A stretch of 64,000 nt of DNA from Candidatus Kapaibacterium thiocyanatum (GTDB lineage Bacteria; Bacteroidota; Ignavibacteria; Kapaibacteriales; Kapaibacteriaceae): positions 883,127-947,126 of the forward strand of contig MKVH01000024.1 of assembly GCA_001899175.1 (NCBI GenBank). The letters are read 5' to 3'. Of the stretch, positions 26,369 through 34,758 are shown in pieces. Position 1 is the first letter of the stretch. Each line of letters begins with the position of its first letter. The notes beneath the pieces were generated by a model. That model was not told the DNA's origin, did no database searches, and saw only the letters and a program-made list of their open reading frames with translations. Both the position numbers and the translations under genes were made by a program.

Positions 26369-29214
26369 TTCTTCTTCTTGCTCTTCTTCTTTTTCTTTCC
26401 GTCGATGGCGATCGGCGTACCGGACACGGCGAGAGGACGCAGCATGGCCTGCAGGGCTTCATCGGATTCCATCGCGAGATAGGTGGCGGCCTGGTTCTTC
26501 CAGAACACCGGTGCGGAGGGCAGGATGCGGTAGAAGGTCTCGCGCGTGGAACGAGGGGCGGACTTGACGAACAGGGCGACGTCCTCGGCATCCGCCGTCG
26601 TCGTATCCACGGCACCGACGAGGCGAAGGCCGCTCGTCAGCGTGGCCCTGTTCGACAGCGTACGCCACCAGGAGATGACCGGAGCCGCGGGTCGCTTCGC
26701 GCCGCGCACCAGTCCTTCCACCGCACCATACCGTACGATCTGCTGTTCTTCGGCGAGAGCCGGCTGAAGGTTCTGGAAGGCGGCCGTGCCACCGATCATG
26801 CCCAGTGCGAAGGAGGCACGCGAGCGGACGTAGGGATGATCGTCCTTGAGCAGCATCTTCAGTCCCGGAATACCGCTCGAATCTCCGATCTCGCCGATGG
26901 TGATGGCTGCCAGGCGGCGCTTCCGCCATGAATCGTCGCGGACGAGAACCATGAGGGATGGAACCATCGACGTCATTCTGATGCGGCCACCGACGGTAGC
27001 GCACATCGATACGACGGCGGGATCCTCGCTGGAAAGGCTGTCACGCAGCAGGGTTTCGACGGCGACGCCGTTCGACTCGTGGATCTTCGGGAGAATGTAT
27101 TCCAGAGCCAGGCGTTCACGTGGCATCTGTGTACCGAAGTGCGTGGCGAGATGGGGGAGGGCCGACACGCCGAGCGAGACGATCCTGTCCCGTGCGGGCT
27201 GGACGTTGTTCTGGAAACGGAGGGGGGCCGCGGAGGCCTGGATGAAGAGACTGTCCACGCTTTGGGCGAGCGGCATGACGGCGTACTGTGGAGTCGTTGG
27301 TGACGTCGTCCCTGCCGGCGCAGGGATCAGGTCCGCGTCGTTGAAGACACCGTAGGTTGACTGCACGCTGACGCTGTTGTTGCGCGTCGAGGCTCCATAG
27401 GTATCGTTGCCGCCACCATCTGCGAAGATGCCGATCATGCCGTAGTTACGCCGGAAGTCGGAATAGCCCATCGTCGTCGGTGTATGCATTGCGACGTAGG
27501 CATCGTTCCCCGTGACGTCGATGAAGACCGATACGGCGTTGGCGTTGCCGCCGCCCAGGGACAGGCTTTCGACCATGTAGCTGTCGTTCCCCCGTTCGTC
27601 GATGAGGGCCCCCAGGGCGACGTCGTGACCACAGCCCTGCGAGACGCCATGCGACACGTAGATGTCGTCGCCTGAATCGTCTCTCAGAATGCCCGTGGCG
27701 AAGTGGACACCGGCGCCTTGTGCGTACTGATAGGCGACGTAACGGTCGTCACCCGCCCGATCGAGCAGGGCGCCCAGGCCGAACCAGTATCCCGTACCCT
27801 GACCGTAGATGTCGGTCGAATATGCGTCGTTGCCCCGTTCGTCGGCGAGGATTCCGATGCCTCCGGAAGCGAGTGGACGATAGCCGAGGGCCGCACCCTG
27901 GGTGAACGTCACCTGATGTGCTTCGTAGCGCAGGACGTCGACGTACGGGCTCGCGGCCAGGTACTGGTCATTGCCGGCGAGGTCGGACAGGATGCCGATG
28001 CCGCGTGTCGCACCGAAGCCTTGTGCCTGGGCATGTGCACGGTAGATGTCCTGCCCTCCATCGTCGAGTACGAGACCGATGCCGAAGATGCCGGCACCCT
28101 GGGAGTTGATGCCGGACGAGTAGGAGTCGTCGCCGGCCATGTCGTGGACGATGCCGACACCGAAGATGCCACATCCCAACGAAGCGTCGCCTGCCAGGTA
28201 GGTGTCGTTGCCCGAAGCGTCGATGAGGATTCCCACGCCACCGACGGCCGAGCCCAGCTCGTAGGAACCGGCGGTGTAGAGGTCGTTGCCTGCGAGGTCG
28301 ACGATGCAGCGCACGGGACGATCGATGGCATCTTCCTTCGCCGAGAGATCGAAGCGGTAGAGATCGTTCCCCCCGATATCGATGATGAGGAAGTAGGTGC
28401 CTTCGTAGACGTCGTCGCCCTTGCCGCCGATGGCGACACGTCCGTACGGTGTGGAGAACGTCATGCTGCGGATGCTGTCGCGGAGCAGATCGTTCGATTG
28501 CAGCGACTCGCGTGCGTACTGCAGGATATGGAGATAGGCCGACCAACCGTGGGTGTAGATGTCCTGGTAGGGAGCGAGCGACGAGGCGAGGAAGAAGGTG
28601 CTGGCGCGTTCCATGCCCTCCACTTCGTCGTCGTGCAACTGCCACAGCGAGGATGTCTCGTTCTCACGGCTCATCTGCCAGAGCGTATCGCACATGTCGA
28701 CGAGGATCTTCTGGTTCCTGAATCGTGCTGCCGCGTCGGACATGCCATCGGCGGCCTGGACCAAGGCCGATAGATAGCGCAGCAGGAGGGTCGAGCCAAC
28801 GAGGCCCGTCCGATCGCTCGGATCGATGCGCAGTCTCCGGATCAGTTCGTCGGCCGTGATACGGCTGTCGTAGACCGATCTGCGGAATGCCGTGAGGTCG
28901 AGATAGGGGAAAGCCGTGCGTGCGGCCAGATCCATTGAATTGTCGGACCGCCCGGCGATGAGTTTCGCGAGACCGTCGGCCTGACCGAAAGCTCCGAACG
29001 GGTCGCTGAAGAGTCGGTCATGCCATGGCAGGCGATGTGTGTCGGAAGGCAGGAGGTCCGGCGGCATGGCGCAGTCGGCACGATTCATCCCCAGGATACG
29101 GAGCGAGGTATCGAGCAGGCGCTTGCTGTCGTTGGACATGCCCTGCTGTGCGGACACCGTCGTGATCATGCATGGAACGGAGAGGAGGACGACGAGAAGA
29201 CGTAATGATGTCAT
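26365..29214 (-). CDS. large secreted protein: Gly-rich GNDxY tandem repeats (beta-solenoid-like) + C-terminal HEAT-like repeats + poly-Lys tail; function unknown
   Basis: Signal peptide MTSLRLLVVLLSVPCMITTVSAQQ. At least 12 repeats of about 22-25 aa (...IDxxGNDxYxxxxxxxGxGxxGxGxL...). PYVRSRASFALGMIGG HEAT-like motif. Ends GKKKKKSKKKK. Confidence 0.7.
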   Translation of the reverse strand: MTSLRLLVVLLSVPCMITTVSAQQGMSNDSKRLLDTSLRILGMNRADCAMPPDLLPSDTHRLPWHDRLFSDPFGAFGQADGLAKLIAGRSDNSMDLAARTAFPYLDLTAFRRSVYDSRITADELIRRLRIDPSDRTGLVGSTLLLRYLSALVQAADGMSDAAARFRNQKILVDMCDTLWQMSRENETSSLWQLHDDEVEGMERASTFFLASSLAPYQDIYTHGWSAYLHILQYARESLQSNDLLRDSIRSMTFSTPYGRVAIGGKGDDVYEGTYFLIIDIGGNDLYRFDLSAKEDAIDRPVRCIVDLAGNDLYTAGSYELGSAVGGVGILIDASGNDTYLAGDASLGCGIFGVGIVHDMAGDDSYSSGINSQGAGIFGIGLVLDDGGQDIYRAHAQAQGFGATRGIGILSDLAGNDQYLAASPYVDVLRYEAHQVTFTQGAALGYRPLASGGIGILADERGNDAYSTDIYGQGTGYWFGLGALLDRAGDDRYVAYQYAQGAGVHFATGILRDDSGDDIYVSHGVSQGCGHDVALGALIDERGNDSYMVESLSLGGGNANAVSVFIDVTGNDAYVAMHTPTTMGYSDFRRNYGMIGIFADGGGNDTYGASTRNNSVSVQSTYGVFNDADLIPAPAGTTSPTTPQYAVMPLAQSVDSLFIQASAAPLRFQNNVQPARDRIVSLGVSALPHLATHFGTQMPRERLALEYILPKIHESNGVAVETLLRDSLSSEDPAVVSMCATVGGRIRMTSMVPSLMVLVRDDSWRKRRLAAITIGEIGDSSGIPGLKMLLKDDHPYVRSRASFALGMIGGTAAFQNLQPALAEEQQIVRYGAVEGLVRGAKRPAAPVISWWRTLSNRATLTSGLRLVGAVDTTTADAEDVALFVKSAPRSTRETFYRILPSAPVFWKNQAATYLAMESDEALQAMLRPLAVSGTPIAIDGKKKKKSKKKK

Positions 29215-29226
29215 GACGGTCGAAGG

Positions 29227-30465
29227 TTATTTCTGCATTCCACGAAGCTGGGCACTCAGCTCGGGGGCGCGCTTGTCCAGGTCGGATTCGATGGCCTTGG
29301 CCTTGTCGAGGTCGCCGAGGCGTATGTAGTGTCGTGCGAGCGTGAACAGGAGTTCGGTGTCGTCGGGGAACTTCCTGAGCGCTTCTTCGAGGTAGCGGCG
29401 ACCTTCCTCGAACTTGCTCGCCGCGAAGTAGGTGTTCCCTACGGATGCCCTGTAGAGAGCGTTCGTATCGTTGAGTGCGATCGACTGCTGGTGCGCTTCC
29501 ATCGCTTCGTCGAAACGGCCCTGTCCACGATAGATGACGGCGATCGAATTGTAGGAATCGGCAGCGAGGGACGGGCGTTGCAGCGCGGCACGGCGGAAGG
29601 CCTGCACGGCTTCTTCGTCGAAGCCGCGCTGCTGGTAGGAGATCGCGAGGTTGAAGTATGCTTCCGGGAAACTCGGTCTGATGGCGATTGCTCTGCGGAA
29701 GTACTTGATGGCACTGTCGACCTGACCGAGATTCTGGCGGGCGATGCCGTAGTTATACCATGCATCGGCGTCGTTCGGACGGTCCTTCACGGCCGTCTCG
29801 TACAACGCGGCCGTCGAATCGTAGTGCTTCAGGCCGAGTTGCGTTTCGGCGAGCCAGATGCGGGTCTGGACGTCGGCCGGGCTTTCTTCCAGGACACGAC
29901 CGAGGAGGTCGGACGCTTCCTGGAGACGGTCGAGCTTCGCATAACAGACGGCGAGCTGGCGGATGGCGGGGAGGAAGTCCGGGCGTTTGAAGACGACGGT
30001 CTCGAGCGGTGTCAGGGCGTCATCGTATCGAGCGGCGCGGAAATAGAGCATGCCTAGGGCATAATCGGGCTGCAACGAATCGGGAAACAGTCGTGCGGCG
30101 GTTCTCAGCACGGCAACGGCACTGTCCGGCTGTTTCAGTCTCTGACGGCATTCTGCGCTGAACAGGTATGCACTCATGATCCCGGGATTCGAGGCGATGA
30201 CACGCTGTACGGCATCGAGCGCCGCCAGTGGCGCACCGCTTTCCAGTTCGGCCATGCCGAGCAGCATCAAGGCCTCCGGCATGGCCGGATTCTTCTTGAG
30301 GACGACGGATACATGCTTGCGGACGTCCTTCCAGTTCCTGGTGGCTGCGGCTTTGCGTGCCTGGGCGAGGGACTGGGGAATGCCCTGTGCGACGATTGCG
30401 GCCGAGGAGAGAACCAGGCAGAGAAGGATTGCGAGCGAACGATTCATAACCGTGAAGTTACTCAT
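29227..30465 (-). CDS. tetratricopeptide-repeat protein with signal peptide
   Basis: Multiple TPR units (AxxxYxxGxxxxxxxxYxxAL pattern). ATG at 30465 overlaps the ribD stop (ATGA); signal peptide MSNFTVMNRSLAILLCLVLSSAAIVAQG. Confidence 0.8.
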   Translation of the reverse strand: MSNFTVMNRSLAILLCLVLSSAAIVAQGIPQSLAQARKAAATRNWKDVRKHVSVVLKKNPAMPEALMLLGMAELESGAPLAALDAVQRVIASNPGIMSAYLFSAECRQRLKQPDSAVAVLRTAARLFPDSLQPDYALGMLYFRAARYDDALTPLETVVFKRPDFLPAIRQLAVCYAKLDRLQEASDLLGRVLEESPADVQTRIWLAETQLGLKHYDSTAALYETAVKDRPNDADAWYNYGIARQNLGQVDSAIKYFRRAIAIRPSFPEAYFNLAISYQQRGFDEEAVQAFRRAALQRPSLAADSYNSIAVIYRGQGRFDEAMEAHQQSIALNDTNALYRASVGNTYFAASKFEEGRRYLEEALRKFPDDTELLFTLARHYIRLGDLDKAKAIESDLDKRAPELSAQLRGMQK

Positions 30466-31520
30466 TCGCGAATCAGCGTGGTATGGATATCCGCGTCGAT
30501 CGTTTCGACGTCGTGAAGGCGCCACGTGCTGTCTGCGAGCAATCCGCCGTTCCACCGGAGGCCGTCACCCATGATGAAGGGAGCGGTCAGAAGCCGAAGC
30601 TCCTGCACCAGTCCATGCTCGAGCAACGAAGCGGTTACCCGTGGTCCTGCCTCGCACATGACGGAGGCCACGTTCTTTCCTCCGAGCAGTCGCATGGCCT
30701 CGCCGAGGTCGATATGCCGGTCCCGCACGGGTATTCCGATGACGTCGATCCCGTGATCGCGTAACGGCTCTGCAGACGGGCCCGACGCGGAATCCGGCGA
30801 GCACAGGCACAGCGTGGGAACGTCCTGCGCCGTTCGTACGATGGCGCTCTGCAAGGGCAGATGAAGGTGGGTATCGAGGACGATGCGCAGGGGATTCCGC
30901 CCTTCGACGTCGCGCACGGTCAGGAGCGGATCGTCGGCCAGTACCGTACCGATTCCCGTCATCACGGCATCGAACTCGGCCCGCAGTGCGTGGACACGCC
31001 TGCGGCTTCCGGCACCCGTCACGGGATAGGGCGCCGTGGCCGTACGGGCCACGCAGCCGTCCAGCGACTGGGCGATCTTCAGCACGAGGTATGGTGTGAG
31101 CGTCGTGACATGATGCATGAACGTGCGGTTGATCCAGCGGCATTCCTCTTCGCGGACGTCGGTTTCGACCGCGATGCCGTGATCGCGGAGCCTGCGGATG
31201 CCCGTGCCCGATACCAAGGGATTCGGGTCGCCGATTCCCGTCACGACGTTTCTGATGCCCGATGCGACGATGGCATCGGCACACGGCGGTGTACGTCCGT
31301 GATGCGAGCACGGTTCGAGATTGACGTAGAGAGTGGTCGACGGTGTGATCGTGGACCGGTCGAGCAGGGAGAGAGCCATGGCCTCGGCATGGGGTGCGCC
31401 CGGATAGGCATGCCATCCTTCGGCGAGAATGCGATCGCCGTCGACGATGACGCAGCCGACACGCGGATTCGGACTGGCGTGTCCCGTACCCCTCAGCGCG
31501 AGGTCGAGTGCCCGGTCCAT
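30462..31520 (-). CDS. ribD: bifunctional riboflavin biosynthesis protein RibD (deaminase / reductase)
   Basis: CMP/dCMP deaminase zinc motif HAEAMAL...PCSHHGRTPPC, plus a RibD_C reductase domain. ATG MDRALDLALRG at 31520 matches E. coli MARALKLAQRG; an upstream GTG at 31559 is also possible. Confidence 0.9.
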   Translation of the reverse strand: MDRALDLALRGTGHASPNPRVGCVIVDGDRILAEGWHAYPGAPHAEAMALSLLDRSTITPSTTLYVNLEPCSHHGRTPPCADAIVASGIRNVVTGIGDPNPLVSGTGIRRLRDHGIAVETDVREEECRWINRTFMHHVTTLTPYLVLKIAQSLDGCVARTATAPYPVTGAGSRRRVHALRAEFDAVMTGIGTVLADDPLLTVRDVEGRNPLRIVLDTHLHLPLQSAIVRTAQDVPTLCLCSPDSASGPSAEPLRDHGIDVIGIPVRDRHIDLGEAMRLLGGKNVASVMCEAGPRVTASLLEHGLVQELRLLTAPFIMGDGLRWNGGLLADSTWRLHDVETIDADIHTTLIRE

Positions 31521-31543
31521 CCAGCGCTCATGGCTTCCTTCGA

Positions 31544-32395
31544 TTACTTCGGCGGCCACGCGAATTCGACTGTATTCATGTAGGCTCTGGGCCGCGCGGG
31601 GATAATGAGCTCGGCCTTGTACGTACCCGGCGGAACGGTCTCTCCCATGGTATGATGTCCGTTCCAGACGATGGCATAGCGCTGGATGTGGTTCGGCGTC
31701 TGGGGTTCGACCGACGTGATGGCCTGCATGAAGTTCATGCCGGCGTCCGACCGCCAGACCACGGTGCCCTTTTCATCGGAGATGATGACACGGAAGTTTT
31801 CCGACGTCGGCAGGTATTCGTCGCTAAGAAGGAAGATACGTTTGGCCTGGACGCCGATTTCCAGGGCACTGTCACCACGGCTGACGACGAACGGCGTGAG
31901 ATCCATCGGTTGCGCTTCCTGATAGGAGAGGGGCAGCCTGAAGATCAGATGATCCGTGGAGGTCACGACGGAGATGTCGGCTACGGCCGATGCCGAGCGT
32001 CGCGCGCTCGGTGTATCCCATGGAGCATCGCCGACGAGCGTCACCGTCGTTTCGGATCCAGGAGTATTCGTATAGCTCAAGGCGAAGGTGATGGTGTCGT
32101 TCAGCGAGCGTTCATCGGGTCCGATGGCGGCTTCCACCCAGCGTATGCCCGGATCGGTCGTGCGCAGGCGGGGAGACGTGATGAAGGACAGCCGGAGCGT
32201 GGAATCCTTGAGCCGTACGGCCTTGATCGGGAAGATCGGCTCGTCGACCCTGAGGGCACGGATGCCGTAGGGACTGGTGAAGGAGGACTTGCAGCTCGCG
32301 AGCAGGGCGGCTGCGACCATGCAGCATACCATGATGACGAGATGTCGGCTATTGGCTTTACGTCGTTGCATGGGCGCAAAATCGGAAAACTTCAT
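31544..32395 (-). CDS. lipoprotein, hypothetical
   Basis: Lipobox AAALLASCKSS. The ATG at 32395 overlaps the PNP stop (ATGA); an alternative ATG lies at 32371. Confidence 0.6.
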   Translation of the reverse strand: MKFSDFAPMQRRKANSRHLVIMVCCMVAAALLASCKSSFTSPYGIRALRVDEPIFPIKAVRLKDSTLRLSFITSPRLRTTDPGIRWVEAAIGPDERSLNDTITFALSYTNTPGSETTVTLVGDAPWDTPSARRSASAVADISVVTSTDHLIFRLPLSYQEAQPMDLTPFVVSRGDSALEIGVQAKRIFLLSDEYLPTSENFRVIISDEKGTVVWRSDAGMNFMQAITSVEPQTPNHIQRYAIVWNGHHTMGETVPPGTYKAELIIPARPRAYMNTVEFAWPPK

Positions 32396-33213
32396 TCAGT
32401 CGGCAATGGTGTATCTACCGTATGTGCGGCGGCACGGACGACGGAGAGGAGACGACCCGCGCCCGTTCTCGCCGCTTCCAGCACTTCGTCGTGGGTCACC
32501 TTACGGATGGCGCTGTCGGACAGAACGTTCGTGATCATGGAGCAGGCTGCCGCTTTCAGGCCGAGGGATGCCGCATGACGCAGTTCCCGCGACGTCGACA
32601 TACCGATCGCTTCGGCACCCATTCGACGATACATCCGTATTTCGGCGCGCGTCTCGTAGGACGGTCCGGCAACCTGGACGTAGATCCCGCGGGCAGGAGC
32701 GATTCCGGATCGCAGGGCCTCCTGCAGGATACGCGTGGTCCATTCGCCGTCGACCGGTATCGCCGTACCGGATGCCATCGACATACGGAAGGTGGCGTCG
32801 ATCACGTCGTCGATCATCATGACGTCGCCGGCATCGAACAGCGGGGACAGGCCTCCGGCCGCATTCGTGACGAGCAGATGCGAACATTGCAGGGCATGGG
32901 CGATCCGGACAGGCGCCGTGACCACGTCGTATGGCCAGCCTTCGTAGAGATGGAAGCGGCCGGTGAAGATTCCGACGGGAATGCCGTCGATGTCGACGAG
33001 TCGTAACGAACCACCGTGACCGGCGATCGTCGGTACCGGCATGGTGGGCAGGTCCATGTAGGGGATGTCGGCGAGGACGGGGATATCGCGGATCGCCTCC
33101 ATGATGCCCGACCCGGCGATCATCATCATACGGGGGACTGCCGGAAGGCGGCCGGTTACGGCATTCGCGATACCGTCGACGTCCACGACGGCTGCTACGG
33201 GGCTTCGATCCAT
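32392..33213 (-). CDS. purine nucleoside phosphorylase (PNP/MTAP family I)
   Basis: GTGRFHLYEGW, LLVTNAAGGL, GMSTSRE-like motifs of PunA/DeoD-type phosphorylases; 273 aa. Confidence 0.85.
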   Translation of the reverse strand: MDRSPVAAVVDVDGIANAVTGRLPAVPRMMMIAGSGIMEAIRDIPVLADIPYMDLPTMPVPTIAGHGGSLRLVDIDGIPVGIFTGRFHLYEGWPYDVVTAPVRIAHALQCSHLLVTNAAGGLSPLFDAGDVMMIDDVIDATFRMSMASGTAIPVDGEWTTRILQEALRSGIAPARGIYVQVAGPSYETRAEIRMYRRMGAEAIGMSTSRELRHAASLGLKAAACSMITNVLSDSAIRKVTHDEVLEAARTGAGRLLSVVRAAAHTVDTPLPTE

Positions 33214-33297
33214 GACGACAAGTTACGTCCGGCCGACCTGTGCCGAAGTGCTATCTTTGCACTCTTGCGTCAAAGCGAACACCAAGGAAGGCTGATC

Positions 33298-34173
33298 ATG
33301 ATCCGAAGCATGACAGGGTACGGCAAATGCGATGCCGTCGTCAACGGTACACCTACGAGCATCGAAGTCCGTTGCGTCAACGGCAGATATCTGGAACTGA
33401 ACTGCCGCATGCCGAAGGAGTGGGCGGACAAGGAAGGTGCCGTTCGTGAAACGGCGCGCGAACAGGTATCGCGCGGCTCGCTGTCGATCTTCATCCGTCA
33501 GGATGACATGCCTTCTGCCCAGCCGGTGCGTGTCAATCCGACGATCGCCCGCGGCTACGTGGAGGCCTTGCGTTCCCTCAAGCAGGAGCTCTCGCTCGAT
33601 GGCGAGATCACGATGGATCACCTCGTCCAGTTCTCGTCGATCTTCCAGGCACCCGATGCCGAGGGAGAGCGCCCCGATCCCTGGCCTGAGCTGCATCGCG
33701 CCCTGGTGGACGCATTGCGGAATCTTAATACGATGCGCGATCTGGAAGGTGCCGAGCTCTACAAGGACTTCGCCGCACGTCTCGAAGGCATCGAGACGGG
33801 GCTGGTCGACGTCGAGGCCCGCTCGATCGCCCGGATTCCGGTGGAACGTGAACGTCTGCGTGAGCGTGTGCGCCAGTTGATGGCCGAAGACGCCGTGGAT
33901 GAGCAGCGTTTGCAACTCGAAATCGTGCTGCTGGCCGAGAAGCTCGACGTTTCCGAAGAATGCGTACGCCTCCGTAGCCACATCAAGTACTTCCGCGAGA
34001 ACCTCCAGGATGGCAAGGGTGTGGGGCGCAAGCTCAACTTCCTGCTGCAGGAGATGAACAGGGAAGTGAATACGATCGGTTCGAAGACGAACGACGCGGC
34101 CATCGCCATCGTCGTCGTCCAGATGAAGGAAGAACTCGAACGGATGCGTGAGCAGGTGCAGAATGTCGAATGA
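33298..34173 (+). CDS. yicC: YicC-family stress-induced protein
   Basis: MIRSMTGYGK N-terminus and C-terminal ...NFLLQEMNREVNTIGSK... YicC signature; ATG at 33298 inside the longer listed ORF 33016..34173. Confidence 0.85.
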   Translation: MIRSMTGYGKCDAVVNGTPTSIEVRCVNGRYLELNCRMPKEWADKEGAVRETAREQVSRGSLSIFIRQDDMPSAQPVRVNPTIARGYVEALRSLKQELSLDGEITMDHLVQFSSIFQAPDAEGERPDPWPELHRALVDALRNLNTMRDLEGAELYKDFAARLEGIETGLVDVEARSIARIPVERERLRERVRQLMAEDAVDEQRLQLEIVLLAEKLDVSEECVRLRSHIKYFRENLQDGKGVGRKLNFLLQEMNREVNTIGSKTNDAAIAIVVVQMKEELERMREQVQNVE

Positions 34174-34747
34174 TGCCGCCGCACACGGACGCAAGCACCT
34201 CATCGTTCTCAGCGCTCCGAGCGGAGCGGGGAAGACGACCGTCGCCAGACATCTGCTGACGGTATTTCCGCACCTTCAGTTCTCCGTTTCCGCCACCACG
34301 CGTGCCCAGCGCCCCGGCGAAGTACATGGCAAGGACTACGTCTTCCTCACACGGGAGGAATTCCGCACCGAGATCGAACATGAAGGCCTCATCGAATACG
34401 AAGAGATCTTCGGCAATTACTACGGCACCCTGCGTGCACAGGTCCAGGAGTCGATCGACAAGGGTGAGGACGTCATCTTCGACGTCGATGTCAAGGGTGC
34501 CCTCTCGCTGAGGGCGGCATTCCCGGACGACACCCTGCTCATGTTCATCGCGCCTCCGTCCATCGACATTCTGGAAGCCCGCCTCCGGAACAGACATACG
34601 GAGACGGACGAACAGATCGCCCTTCGTCTCTCCCGCGCGGAAATGGAAATGGCAAGCCGTGACCGCTTCGACGTCGTCATCGTTAACGACGTGCTGGAGA
34701 ATACCTTACGGCTTGCCGAGCAGGCCGTCCGCGCCGCTATTTCGTAA
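34163..34747 (+). CDS. gmk: guanylate kinase
   Basis: P-loop LSAPSGAGKTT and TTRAQRPGEVHGKDYVF motifs; follows yicC, a conserved pairing. Confidence 0.9.
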   Translation: MSNDAAAHGRKHLIVLSAPSGAGKTTVARHLLTVFPHLQFSVSATTRAQRPGEVHGKDYVFLTREEFRTEIEHEGLIEYEEIFGNYYGTLRAQVQESIDKGEDVIFDVDVKGALSLRAAFPDDTLLMFIAPPSIDILEARLRNRHTETDEQIALRLSRAEMEMASRDRFDVVIVNDVLENTLRLAEQAVRAAIS

Positions 34748-34758
34748 CTTTGCAGCCT

